64,000 nucleotides of DNA, taken from NCBI GenBank assembly GCA_036525295.1, contig DATDAQ010000069.1, positions 674 to 64,673 on the forward strand, read 5' to 3'. Shown here in pieces: positions 24,632 through 34,109 of this stretch (position 1 is the first letter of the stretch; the number at the start of each line of letters is the position of its first letter). The notes under the pieces are model-generated. The model had not been told where the DNA came from. It did no database searches and saw only the letters and a list, made by a program, of their open reading frames with translations. Source of the DNA: Solirubrobacterales bacterium (lineage in GTDB: Bacteria > Actinomycetota > Thermoleophilia > Solirubrobacterales > 70-9). Both the position numbers and the translations under genes were made by a program.

Positions 24632-25771
24632 GTGGGAAACGTGTCGATCCGGCCGGTCCGCACCCGTCGCGAGCTGAAGCGCTTCGTCAAGGTCCCCTTC
24701 CGCCTGCACCGCGACCACCCGCAGTGGGTGGCGCCGCTGATCTTCGAGCGCATGCAGTTCCTCGACCGCGGCAAGAACCCGTTCTTCGAGCACGCCGAGG
24801 CGGAGTACTTCCTCGCCGAGCGCGACGGCGAGGCGGTCGGCCGCATCACCGCTCAGGTCGACCGCTGCTGGGACGAGTCCCAGGGCGGCAGCGACGCGAT
24901 GTTCGGCTTCTTCGAGACCGCCGAGGACCCGGAGGTCGCCGCGGCGCTGCTGGGCGCCGCGACCGAGTGGGCCCGTGGCAAGGGCCGCGGCCGCATTCTC
25001 GGCCCGATGGACTTCACCACCAACGACGAGGTCGGGATCCTGGTCGAGGGCTACGAGCGGCCGCCGATGATCCTCGAGAACTGGCATCCCCCTCACTACC
25101 CGGGACTGATCGAGGCAAATGGCTTCGGCAAGGCGATGGACCTGCTGATGTGGGAGCTCCGGCTCGGCGACCTCAAGGAGGGCGAGCGCTTCGATCCGGC
25201 GATCCACGCCGCCGCCGAGAAAGCGCTGAGCGACGAAGGGGTGGCGATCCGCAACATCAGCATTCGGAACCTCCCCGACGAGATGCGGGCCTTCAGCGAG
25301 GTCTATAACGAGGCCTGGGGGGACAACTGGGGCTTCGTCCCGGCGACGGATGCCGAGATCGAGTTCCACGCCAAGCTGCTCAAGCAGGTGCTCGACGAGG
25401 ACTGGGCCTACATCGCGGAAAAGGACGGCGAGCCCGTCGGCGCCGCCCTCACCCTGCCCGACATAAATCAGGCGCTGGCGAAGCTGAACGGCCGCCTGCT
25501 GCCACTGGGCTGGCTCCGCCTCCTCCTCGCCAAGCGCAGGATCGACCAGCTGCGGGTCTTCGCGCTCGGCGTCAAGCACGACTACCGCCACACCGGGCTC
25601 GCGGCGGGCCTCTACCTGAAGCACCTCGAGACTGCGCAGAAGCCGGGCACGATCGAAGGCGGCGAGATGGGCTGGATCCTCGAGACCAACGGCCCGATGA
25701 ACCGCGCCATGGAGGGCATGGGGGGGAAGGTCGTCAAGAAGTACCGGATCTACGAGAAGGCGCTGGGCTGA
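24632..25771 (+). CDS. GNAT-like acyltransferase family hypothetical protein (379 aa)
   Basis: GTG start. N-terminal IRPVRTRRELKRFVKVPFRLHRDHPQWVAPL and a C-terminal acetyltransferase-like core (FALGVKHDYRHTGLAAGLY). Confidence 0.6.
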   Translation: MGNVSIRPVRTRRELKRFVKVPFRLHRDHPQWVAPLIFERMQFLDRGKNPFFEHAEAEYFLAERDGEAVGRITAQVDRCWDESQGGSDAMFGFFETAEDPEVAAALLGAATEWARGKGRGRILGPMDFTTNDEVGILVEGYERPPMILENWHPPHYPGLIEANGFGKAMDLLMWELRLGDLKEGERFDPAIHAAAEKALSDEGVAIRNISIRNLPDEMRAFSEVYNEAWGDNWGFVPATDAEIEFHAKLLKQVLDEDWAYIAEKDGEPVGAALTLPDINQALAKLNGRLLPLGWLRLLLAKRRIDQLRVFALGVKHDYRHTGLAAGLYLKHLETAQKPGTIEGGEMGWILETNGPMNRAMEGMGGKVVKKYRIYEKALG

Positions 25772-25787
25772 TCCGCAGGCACGCAAA

Positions 25788-26117
25788 ATGCGGAATCAGC
25801 CGCCCAGCGCCCTCTTGCTGCCCGTATGCATCGCTACAGTCGGCCGGGTGACTGGCGCAGAGCTAGAGCCGATCCCCGTCCGGGTTCTGCCCAGCGAGCC
25901 TGCCGATCTCCTACCGGTGCGCAGCGAGGCGAAGACTGCGGCGATAGCCGCTGCGGGCGGGGTCCTCGCCGGGGCAGCGACGGTCGCCGCGGTGCGGGCG
26001 GTCGGTGCGGTCGCGACGCGCAAGCGGACTCAGCGTCGCCCCTCCCGCCGCGAACGCCCAGCCAACGTTCTCGCCAGCCGCTCCTTTCTCGTCGACGTTC
26101 ACCTGCTGGGGCGGTGA
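25788..26117 (+). CDS. Small hypothetical protein with one Ala/Gly-rich TM segment
   Basis: Its stop overlaps the GTG of the downstream glycosylase gene (GTGA). Otherwise the evidence is weak. Confidence 0.35.
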   Translation: MRNQPPSALLLPVCIATVGRVTGAELEPIPVRVLPSEPADLLPVRSEAKTAAIAAAGGVLAGAATVAAVRAVGAVATRKRTQRRPSRRERPANVLASRSFLVDVHLLGR

Positions 26118-27016
26118 ACGCCGAGGCGGAAGTCCGGCCTCCCTCCCCGTACCGCCTGCCTTCCCACGGCGGCGAGGACGGGGTGATGCGGATCGAGCGC
26201 GGCGTTGCCACCCGGCTGCTCCAGGTCGAGGGGTGTCCGGTGCTGACCCGTGCCTGGGAAGCGGGGAAGGGCCGGGTGGTCCTGCGCGCCGAGCCGCTCG
26301 ACCCAGGCTCCATCGCCGCGCCCAGCCGGGCGGCCGGGGTTCCGGCTCACGAGGCGGGGCCCGCGGAGCTGGATCTGGCGCTGGAGCGGATGCGCTTCGC
26401 GCTGGGCGTCGACGACGACCTCGGCGAGTTCTACCGGCGCTTCCGCGGCGACCCACTGCTCGGGCCGCTGCTGCGCCGCCGTCCCCACCTCCGCCCGCGC
26501 CGCCGGCCGTGGCCCTGGGAGGCCCTTGCCTGGGCCGTGGTCAAGCAGCTGATCGAGAGCGGCCGCGCCGCCCGCATCCAGCGCCGCATGGTCGGCCGCT
26601 GGGGGGTGAGGCTCGGGCCTCGTCGCGAGGGCCTGCACGACGTCCCGACCCCGGACCTGATCGCCGGCAGGGCGCCGGTCGAACTGGAGTCGATGGGCCT
26701 GGCGCTGAAACGGGCGATCGCGCTGCGCGCGGTCGCCGCCGACGTCGCCGCCGGGCGCTGCGACCCCGGTGAGCCGGTCGCCGACGAGCGCCTGCTCGCC
26801 GTACGCGAGATCGGGCCGTGGACCGTGCAGTGCCTTGGGCTCTTCGGCCGTGGCGACCCCGATGCGCTGCCCGCGGGGGACCTGATGTACCTGAAGCAGG
26901 TGGGCCGGCTCGCCCGCCTCGGTCGCCGCGCCACGGTCGAGGAGGTGGAGGAGTTCTACGCTCCCTACGCCCCCTTTCGCGGCCTCGCGGCGACCTGGTC
27001 GACGATCGCGTCTTAG
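26114..27016 (+). CDS. HhH-GPD DNA glycosylase (AlkA-like 3-methyladenine glycosylase II)
   Basis: Sequences WEALAWAVVKQLI and REIGPWTVQCLGLFGRGDPDALPAGDLMYLK (helix-hairpin-helix plus catalytic Asp). Confidence 0.8.
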   Translation: MNAEAEVRPPSPYRLPSHGGEDGVMRIERGVATRLLQVEGCPVLTRAWEAGKGRVVLRAEPLDPGSIAAPSRAAGVPAHEAGPAELDLALERMRFALGVDDDLGEFYRRFRGDPLLGPLLRRRPHLRPRRRPWPWEALAWAVVKQLIESGRAARIQRRMVGRWGVRLGPRREGLHDVPTPDLIAGRAPVELESMGLALKRAIALRAVAADVAAGRCDPGEPVADERLLAVREIGPWTVQCLGLFGRGDPDALPAGDLMYLKQVGRLARLGRRATVEEVEEFYAPYAPFRGLAATWSTIAS

Positions 27017-27065
27017 GAACCCCTCTTAATCCTCTGTTGCGCGTCGCCTGGCCAGGCTCAAGGGG

Positions 27066-29387
27066 GTGGGCGGGACGCCGATAAGTCGAGCAATGGAGCG
27101 CACGACGTCAGGTGGTAGTTGGCCGGAGAACCGAGTCAACGAGTTCCTCGACCAGATCTCGGCGGGAGGCGAGGACTACCGGCGGCTGGTCGAGCGCCTG
27201 CCCGCGATCGTCTACGCCTCCGAGCTCGGCGAGAACGGCCGCTGGCGCTATGTCAGCCCCCAGGTGGAGGAGATCCTCGGCTACACCCCGGAGGAATGGC
27301 TGGCCGACGAGGAGCTCTGGGCGAGGCTGCTGCACCCTGAGGACCGGGAGCGAGCCCTGTCCCAGGAGACACGCAAGACGATGGGCAACCGCAACCCGCC
27401 GCCGGTCGACTACCGCATGGTCACCCGCGACGGCCGCACCGTCTGGATCCTCGACGAGGCCGTGCTCGAGCCCGACGAAGACGGCACGCCGGTCTGGCAC
27501 GGGGTCCTCTACGACATCACCGAGCGCAAGCTCGCCGAGCAGGAGGCCCGGCGGGCGGCCGCTCAGCAGGCCGCGGTCGCGCGCCTCGGGGGGCGAGCGC
27601 TGAAGGACGGCGACCCAGACATCCTGATGGGCGAGGCGGTCTCGCTGATGGTCGAGATCGAGGGAGTCGACAGCGCCTGCATCTGGGAGATCGGCCGCGA
27701 TGGCCGCCGGCTCGGCCTGCGCGCCGGGCTCGAGGACCGCATCGTCGGCGCGGCTCGCGCCTCGGCAGCGCGCGATTCCCATGCCGGCGCGGCGCTCGAC
27801 TCGCGCCTGCACGTGATCGTCGACGACTGGTCCAGCGAGCGACGCTTCTCGATGCCGCCGGCGCTGCGCGCGATCGGCGTGCGCAGCAGCCTCGCGGTGC
27901 CGATCGACGGCAAGCAGCAGCCCTTCGGCGTGCTCGACGTCCACTCCACCGAGCCCAACCGCTTCACGCCGCAGGACGTGCACTTCGTCCAGGCCTTGGC
28001 CAACGTCCTCGCCGACGCGATCGAGCGCCACGCCACCGACCAGGCGCTGCGCCACCGCGTTCTGCACGACTCGCTCACCGGCCTTCCCAACCGGCTCAGC
28101 TTCGTCGAATCGCTGAGCGACGCCCTCAAGCGCAGCACCGTCTCGGGCTCTCCGGTCGGGCTCCTCTTCCTCGACCTCGACAACTTCAAGCTGATCAACG
28201 ACAGCCTGGGCCACCATGCCGGCGACGAGTTGCTGCGTGCCGTGGCACCACGCCTGCGCGGCCACCTGCGCCCCGGAGACATCGTCGCCCGCTTCGGCGG
28301 CGACGAGTTCGGGATCCTCGTCGACCGGCTCGCCGACGAGGACGAGGCGGTGGCCATCGCCGACCGGATCGCGGCTGCCTTTGCCGAGCCGTACGCGATG
28401 GGCGGCGTCGACCACTTCGTCAGCGCCAGCGTCGGCATCGCCGTCGCCCGGCCCTCCGCTCGCGAGCCGGTCGAGGCCGACATGCTGATTCGCGACGCCG
28501 ACGCGGCCATGTACCGGGCGAAGGAGCGCGGCCGCGGGCGCTGCGAGCTCTTCGACGCGGAGATGCGGGCGCGGGCGCTGCGGCGGCTGGAGGTTGAGCG
28601 TGAGCTGCGCCAGGCACTCGAGCGCAACGAGCTCGAGCTCCACTACCAGCCGGTGATAACGCTGCGCAGCGGGGAGATCACCGGCCTCGAGGCGCTGGTC
28701 CGCTGGCGCCATCCCGAGCGCGGCCTGCTCGACCCCGGCGATTTCGTCTCGGTGGCGGAGGACAGCGGCCTGATCGAGCCGATTGGGCACTGGGTGCAGG
28801 AGGTGGCCTGCCGCCAGGTGCTGGAGTGGCACGAGCTGCGCCCCGACCGGCGTCCGTTCGACGTCTCGGTCAACCTCTCGGCACGGCAGGTGACCAACCG
28901 CGACCTAGCGATCTCGATCGGCGAGATCCTTGCCGGTAGCGGCCTCGACCCCGTCCACCTGCGGCTGGAGGTCACCGAGAGCGCCCTGGTCGAGGAGTCG
29001 ACGACGGCGACCGGGACCCTTGAAGCGCTCAGCGATCTCGGCATCGGCCTCGTCCTCGACGACTTCGGCACTGGCTATTCCTCCCTCGCTTACCTCAACC
29101 GGTTCCCCTTCGACGCGCTCAAGATCGACCGCTCCTTCGTCGACGCCCTCGGCGTCGAACAGGAGCGCACGGCGATCGTCGAGGCGATCGTCGGCATGGC
29201 CCGCGCCCTCTCCCTCGAAGTGATCGCCGAGGGGGTCGAGAATGAGGTGCAGCTGGCTGAGCTGGTCCGGCTCGGCTGCGACCAGGCGCAGGGGCATCTC
29301 TTCTCGCGGGCGCTGCCGGCGGAGAAGATCACGGCCCTGCTCGGGGAAGGCGCCCCGCTCTACTCGGGGATCGTCCCCGGCAGGTAG
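27066..29387 (+). CDS. PAS-GAF-GGDEF-EAL signalling protein (c-di-GMP turnover)
   Basis: RFGGDEFGILV (GGDEF), LHYQPV...GLEALVRWRHPERG (EAL), DDFGTGYSSL, and an N-terminal PAS (WRYVSPQVEEILGYTPEEW). The start could be 27066 (GTG) or 27093 (ATG). Confidence 0.9.
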   Translation: MGGTPISRAMERTTSGGSWPENRVNEFLDQISAGGEDYRRLVERLPAIVYASELGENGRWRYVSPQVEEILGYTPEEWLADEELWARLLHPEDRERALSQETRKTMGNRNPPPVDYRMVTRDGRTVWILDEAVLEPDEDGTPVWHGVLYDITERKLAEQEARRAAAQQAAVARLGGRALKDGDPDILMGEAVSLMVEIEGVDSACIWEIGRDGRRLGLRAGLEDRIVGAARASAARDSHAGAALDSRLHVIVDDWSSERRFSMPPALRAIGVRSSLAVPIDGKQQPFGVLDVHSTEPNRFTPQDVHFVQALANVLADAIERHATDQALRHRVLHDSLTGLPNRLSFVESLSDALKRSTVSGSPVGLLFLDLDNFKLINDSLGHHAGDELLRAVAPRLRGHLRPGDIVARFGGDEFGILVDRLADEDEAVAIADRIAAAFAEPYAMGGVDHFVSASVGIAVARPSAREPVEADMLIRDADAAMYRAKERGRGRCELFDAEMRARALRRLEVERELRQALERNELELHYQPVITLRSGEITGLEALVRWRHPERGLLDPGDFVSVAEDSGLIEPIGHWVQEVACRQVLEWHELRPDRRPFDVSVNLSARQVTNRDLAISIGEILAGSGLDPVHLRLEVTESALVEESTTATGTLEALSDLGIGLVLDDFGTGYSSLAYLNRFPFDALKIDRSFVDALGVEQERTAIVEAIVGMARALSLEVIAEGVENEVQLAELVRLGCDQAQGHLFSRALPAEKITALLGEGAPLYSGIVPGR

Positions 29388-30388
29388 GCGTTGCTCAGTA
29401 CGGCCGCCGGCGGGATCGGGGCGGACACCTGGTCGTTGTCGCGCATCCAGCCGGCGAACTCGGTCCAGCGCCCCGGTGCCATGTAGCCATAGGGACGTCC
29501 GTGGCGGGGCGGGTCGAGCAGCGGCAACGTCGCCGCCACCTCGGCCCGGGTCAGCTTCGGGTCGAGGTCGGGGTTCGCCTCCAGCAGGGCCTCGGTCGCG
29601 GCCTGCGGGCTCTTCGCCGCGGCCTCGGTGCCGCGGGCGAGGGCAGCGAGGAAGAGCCGGATCGGCTCCGGGTCCTGCTCGAGCCGCTGGCGCTGGGCGA
29701 CGAGTACCAGCTCGTCGTATGTCGGCACCCCGAGCCGGTCCACCGGGGTGACGACGGGGTCCTTGCCGCGCAGCCGCAGGTCGACGCCCTCGACGTTGCG
29801 GAAGCCGCCCAGCATCGCCTCCGCCTTGCCGCCGACGATCGCCGGCAGTAGGCCGAAGCCGACGTTGACGACCTTGACGTCGGACGGGGTCAGGTCGGCG
29901 CGGGCGAGGATCGTCTCCAGGTAGGCGTCCTGGTAGGGGATGCCGGCGGTCGCGATCGTCTTGCCGCGCAGGTCCCCGACACCCCCGATCCCGGACTTCT
30001 TCAGCCAGATCATCGAGGTGAGCGGCCGGTTGACCAGCGCGCCGACCGCGATCACCCCGAGGTCCTGTTCGTGCGCCAGCAGCACCTCCGGCTCGTAGGA
30101 GATCGCCAGGTCGGTCTGGCCGGCGGAGAGGAGCTTGATCGGCGCCGCCGGATCGGCCGGCGTGCGGATGTCGACATCGAGCCCGGCTTCCTCGAAGTAG
30201 CCGAGCTTCCGCGCCATGTAAATCCCGGCGTGGTCGGGGTTGGGGTAGAAGTCGAGCGTGAGGCTGAGCGACTCGGTTTCGCCGGTCACGTCCTCGCTCT
30301 TCTCGCCGCAGGCCGCGAGGGCGAGGGAGAGGGCCAGCAGGGCGATGGCGATGACGAGGGTGACCGCCGACGATCGGGAGGGTTTCAT
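29360..30388 (-). CDS. NMT1/THI5-like ABC substrate-binding lipoprotein
   Basis: Lipobox LALAACG. LTLDFYPNPDHAGIYMARKLGYFEEAGLDV is typical of the family. Confidence 0.85.
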   Translation of the reverse strand: MKPSRSSAVTLVIAIALLALSLALAACGEKSEDVTGETESLSLTLDFYPNPDHAGIYMARKLGYFEEAGLDVDIRTPADPAAPIKLLSAGQTDLAISYEPEVLLAHEQDLGVIAVGALVNRPLTSMIWLKKSGIGGVGDLRGKTIATAGIPYQDAYLETILARADLTPSDVKVVNVGFGLLPAIVGGKAEAMLGGFRNVEGVDLRLRGKDPVVTPVDRLGVPTYDELVLVAQRQRLEQDPEPIRLFLAALARGTEAAAKSPQAATEALLEANPDLDPKLTRAEVAATLPLLDPPRHGRPYGYMAPGRWTEFAGWMRDNDQVSAPIPPAAVLSNAYLPGTIPE

Positions 30389-30398
30389 CCCTTGCTTT

Positions 30399-31151
30399 CT
30401 ATCGCCAAGTGACGATGCGGCGCTCTGCGAGGGCGACGAGCCCGTAGAGGCCGATCGCGATCGCCGAGAGGACCAGGGCGGCGGCGAAGACCCGGGCGGT
30501 GTTCAGCTGGGCGTTGTCCTGGAGGATCAGGTGACCGAGGCCAGAGTCGGAGCCGACCCACTCGCCGAAGACCGCGGCGATCGGTGCGAAGGTGACGCCG
30601 ATCTTGGCGCCACTGAAGGTGAAGGGGAGGGCGGTGGGCATTTCCAGCCGCCAGAGCAGCTGGCGGCGCGAGGCATCGAGCGTGCGCATCATCTTGACCG
30701 CCTGCAGGTCCACGGCGCGGAGTCCGTCGGCCGTGGCGACGGCGATCGGGAAGAAGCAGACCAGCGCGACCACCGCCAGCTTGGGGCCGATTCCGTAGCC
30801 GAACCAGACGACCAGGATCGGGGCGAAGACGATGATCGGGATCGCCTGGGAGGCGACTATCAGTGGGTAGAAGGTGAGTCGCAGCGTCTCGAAGGGGCGG
30901 AGCAGAAAGCCGAAGGCGAGCCCGGCGGCGAGCCCGATCAGGAAGCCGAAGAAGATCTCCTTCAGCGTGACCCAGGCGTTTTCGGCCACCAGGGATCTGC
31001 TGTCCCACAGGGCGGTGGCGATTTCCGCGGGGGAGGGGATCAGGAGGGGGTCGAGGTTCAGCGCGTCGGCGATCGCCCCGGTGGTGGCGGCGATCTGCCA
31101 TGCCCCGACCAGGCCCGCGATCAACAGCGCCGGGAGCACCCAGCGCCTCAT
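30399..31151 (-). CDS. ABC transporter permease (SsuC/TauC-like)
   Basis: Six TM segments with an EAA-like loop (MRTLDASRRQLLWRLEMPTALP). Confidence 0.85.
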   Translation of the reverse strand: MRRWVLPALLIAGLVGAWQIAATTGAIADALNLDPLLIPSPAEIATALWDSRSLVAENAWVTLKEIFFGFLIGLAAGLAFGFLLRPFETLRLTFYPLIVASQAIPIIVFAPILVVWFGYGIGPKLAVVALVCFFPIAVATADGLRAVDLQAVKMMRTLDASRRQLLWRLEMPTALPFTFSGAKIGVTFAPIAAVFGEWVGSDSGLGHLILQDNAQLNTARVFAAALVLSAIAIGLYGLVALAERRIVTWR

Positions 31152-31966
31152 CTCGTGCCCTCCCGCAGCGCGTGCAGCGCCCGCTCGCGCAGGGCGACGA
31201 ACTCGGGGTCGGTGACAGCCTCGTCACGGTCGGCCGCGCGTGGTGCGGGCGCGCTCATCTCCTCGACGATCCGCGCCGGCCGGGCAGAGAGCACGGCGAC
31301 GCGGTCGCACAGGTAGAGCGCCTCCTCGACGTCGTGGGTGACGAGCACCACCGTGCGCGGGTCCGCGTCCAACGCGCCGGCCAGCCACTCCTGCATCTCG
31401 GCGCGGGTGATCGCGTCGAGCGAGGCGAAGGGCTCGTCGAGCGCGAGAACCGGCTTGCCGGCGACGAGCGTGCGCAGAAAGGCGACGCGCTGGCGCATGC
31501 CGCCGGAGAGCTCGGCGGGGGAGGAACGCTCGAACCCGGCCAGCCCGAAGCGCTCGAACAGCTGTCCGGCCTCGCGCCGCGCCGCGCCGCGTCGTACGCC
31601 GCGGTTGCGCAGGGCGAGCGCAGCGTTGTCGATCGCGGAGAGCCAGGGCAGCAACAGGTCGCGCTGGGGCATGAAGGCGCAGCGGGCGAGGCGAGCCGCT
31701 GGGTCGAGGCCTTCGCCCAGCGCGACCTCTCCTCCCGTGGGCTCCCGCAGGCCGGCGATCAGCTCGAGCAGGGTCGACTTGCCGCAGCCCGAGGGGCCGA
31801 CCAGGCCCAGTACCCCGTGCGCCGGCACGTCGAGGTCGAGCCGCTCGATGGTCGACAGCTCGCCGTAGGAGTGCCTCAGGCCACGGACCGAGACCGCGAC
31901 GCCGAGCGCGTCGTCGGAGGCAGGCAATGCGCTATCTGCGCCGAATTCCTTGGTTTTCGCGGGCAT
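31148..31966 (-). CDS. ABC transporter ATP-binding protein (SsuB/TauB-like)
   Basis: GPSGCGKST, LSGGMRQR and LALDEPFASLD. The start was chosen at the internal ATG (MPAKTKEF). The longer 32056 start would overlap the divergent tauE gene. Confidence 0.85.
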   Translation of the reverse strand: MPAKTKEFGADSALPASDDALGVAVSVRGLRHSYGELSTIERLDLDVPAHGVLGLVGPSGCGKSTLLELIAGLREPTGGEVALGEGLDPAARLARCAFMPQRDLLLPWLSAIDNAALALRNRGVRRGAARREAGQLFERFGLAGFERSSPAELSGGMRQRVAFLRTLVAGKPVLALDEPFASLDAITRAEMQEWLAGALDADPRTVVLVTHDVEEALYLCDRVAVLSARPARIVEEMSAPAPRAADRDEAVTDPEFVALRERALHALREGTR

Positions 31967-31993
31967 CTTGGGGTATCCTGGCGCACTCGCGCT

Positions 31994-32012
31994 CCTGACC
32001 AAAAAGGTCAGG
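31994..32012. promoter_or_regulatory. Inverted repeat CCTGACC-aaaaa-GGTCAGG in a divergent promoter region
   Basis: Perfect 7-bp arms lie between the ABC operon (minus strand) and tauE-rrf2 (plus strand). Confidence 0.35.
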
Positions 32013-32043
32013 AAAGTCGATAACCAACCCGCGCGGAGCTCAT

Positions 32044-32976
32044 ATGGACCCGGCAATCATCGTCTTTGGACTAGGAATCGGCGTGCTCGTCGGCATGACG
32101 GGCATGGGTGGCGGCTCCCTGATGACGCCCCTGCTGATCCTCCTCTTCGGCATCCAGCCGACCACCGCGATCGGCACCGACATCTTCTACGCGGCGGTGA
32201 CCAAGACCGTCGGCGGCTGGCGCCACCTGAAGCTGAAGACGGTGAACATGGAGCTGGTCAAGTGGCTGGCGCTGGGCAGCGTGCCCTCGGCCGTGGCCGG
32301 CGTCGCGATCGTCTCGGTGCTGGCCGACCACATCGGCGAAGCGCGCCTCGACGAACTCGTCTACGCGGTGCTCGGCGGAACCCTGCTAATGGTCGGGATC
32401 ATCACCCTCACCAGGGCGCTGATCCTGCGCAACCTGGTCGACGAGCGCGACCGCTTCGACGTCGAACGGCGCCACAAGGTCGCCGCGGTGACGATCGGGG
32501 CGACGACCGGCCTCGTGATCGGGGTCACCTCGGCGGGCTCGGGCACGGTGATCGCGATCCTCCTGATCGCGATCTACCGGCTGGCGCCGAAAAAGGTGGT
32601 CGGCACCGATGTCTTCCACGCCGCGATCCTGCTCTGGGCGGCGGGCATCGCCCACTGGGTGGGCGGCAACGTCGACTTCGTCCTCGCCGCCAACATCCTG
32701 CTCGGCTCGATTCCGGGCGTCGTGATCGGCGCCGCCCTCTCCGACAAGGCGCCGCAGGGCTTCATCCGCACCTCCCTCGGCGTCGTCTTGGTCGCTTCCG
32801 GCATCGTCACGATCCAGAAGGGCGACCCGATCGTCTGGCCGATCGCCGCCGCGATCGCAGCGGTCGGCCTGGGCCTGATCCTCGCCGCCCCCCGTTGGCT
32901 CCACCGTCGCCGGCTGCGGGAAGCCGCGCAAGCCGCCGCTCGCCAGCCCGAGCTGGCGCCTGACGTGACCGGCTGA
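32044..32976 (+). CDS. TauE/SafE family sulfite/anion exporter
   Basis: GVLVGMTGMGGGSLMTPLLILLFGI plus a second repeat half, with 8 TM segments. Confidence 0.85.
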   Translation: MDPAIIVFGLGIGVLVGMTGMGGGSLMTPLLILLFGIQPTTAIGTDIFYAAVTKTVGGWRHLKLKTVNMELVKWLALGSVPSAVAGVAIVSVLADHIGEARLDELVYAVLGGTLLMVGIITLTRALILRNLVDERDRFDVERRHKVAAVTIGATTGLVIGVTSAGSGTVIAILLIAIYRLAPKKVVGTDVFHAAILLWAAGIAHWVGGNVDFVLAANILLGSIPGVVIGAALSDKAPQGFIRTSLGVVLVASGIVTIQKGDPIVWPIAAAIAAVGLGLILAAPRWLHRRRLREAAQAAARQPELAPDVTG

Positions 32977-32992
32977 CTGATTTACTGGGTCC

Positions 32993-33448
32993 ATGCGCGT
33001 TTCGGCGAAGGCTGACTATGCGGTGCGGGCCGCCGCGGAGCTTGCGGCCGCGGAGGAGGGCCCGATCAAGGGCGAGAGGCTCGCCGACGCGCAGGACATC
33101 CCGCTGCAGTTCCTCGAGCACATCCTGCTGGAGCTGAAGCACGCGGGCATCGTCCGCGCCCGCCGCGGCGCCAAGGGCGGCTACTGGCTTGCCCGCCCCG
33201 CCGAGGAGGTGACGATCGCCGACGTCGTCCGCGCGGTCGAGGGCCCGATCGCCCACGTCCAGTCGGCCCCGCCGGAGTCGATCGAGTACCGCGGCAATGC
33301 GGAGCACCTGCAGGAGGTCTGGATCGCCGTCCGCGCCAGCCTCCGCACCGTGCTGGAGCACGTCACGCTCGCCGACCTGGTCAGCGGCCAGCTGCCCAGC
33401 GAGGTCGAGTCACTCGCTGCGCAGCCGGACGCCTGGGTTGCCAGGTAG
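32993..33448 (+). CDS. Rrf2 family transcriptional regulator
   Basis: MRVSAKADYAVRAAAELA...LEHILLELKHAGIVRARRGAKGGYWLARP. Confidence 0.9.
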   Translation: MRVSAKADYAVRAAAELAAAEEGPIKGERLADAQDIPLQFLEHILLELKHAGIVRARRGAKGGYWLARPAEEVTIADVVRAVEGPIAHVQSAPPESIEYRGNAEHLQEVWIAVRASLRTVLEHVTLADLVSGQLPSEVESLAAQPDAWVAR

Positions 33449-33460
33449 CGCCTGGTCTCG

Positions 33461-34075
33461 TTAGGGGGAGAGCCGGAAGGGCGGGTACTCGTCGGTGACC
33501 AGGGTGAAGGCATAGCCATATACGCGGTTGGACCAGCGGATCGTGCCCTCGACGAATTTGAAGATCCCGCGCGGGTAGCGGCCGGTGAAGAGGATCGCGA
33601 ACCAGGCCCCGATCACGGCGAAGAAGACCCCGATGTAGAGGAAGAAGAGCACGATGTAGTGGGGGATCGCCAGCAGCCACTTGACCAGAGGCATGCCGCG
33701 CTGAAGCTGCTCCGCGTCGGGGTAGGCGAAGTCGAGGCGGACCGCCTGCTGCTCGTCGGTCGAGGGGTACTCGTCGTCCATCAGCGCCACGTAGACGCCG
33801 ATCCGGTTGCCGAAGCGCATCAGTTCGAGATTCCAGTCGTACCACCAGCGCGGGTACTTCTTGCGGAAGAGGAGCATCAGCACGATCGGCACGAAGATCA
33901 GACTGCCGGTTGAGGCCGCGACGCCGTAGTCATAGCTACCTATGCTGCCGCCCGGCAGCAGAGCGATCAGGATCGCGATCGGGATCACCGTGAAGATCCG
34001 GAAGAAGGTCGTCAAGCGGTTGAGCTCGCGCTCGGGATAGTCGACTGAGAAGGTGACTGGGTAAGAAGGCGGCAT
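33461..34075 (-). CDS. DUF4389-like membrane protein
   Basis: NRLTTFFRIFTVIPIAIL...LLAIPHYIVLFFLYIGVFFAVIGAWFAILFTGRYPRGIF. Confidence 0.7.
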   Translation of the reverse strand: MPPSYPVTFSVDYPERELNRLTTFFRIFTVIPIAILIALLPGGSIGSYDYGVAASTGSLIFVPIVLMLLFRKKYPRWWYDWNLELMRFGNRIGVYVALMDDEYPSTDEQQAVRLDFAYPDAEQLQRGMPLVKWLLAIPHYIVLFFLYIGVFFAVIGAWFAILFTGRYPRGIFKFVEGTIRWSNRVYGYAFTLVTDEYPPFRLSP

Positions 34076-34109
34076 CGGACTCCCTTTCGCGGGTTTGTGA
34101 GGACGATTA

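Noticed and set aside
31967-32043. A TPP riboswitch upstream of the NMT1/THI5-like ABC operon.
   Set aside because: The region is only 77 nt and lacks the CUGAGA / ACCUGAUCUGGAUAAUGCCAGCG-type conserved cores.
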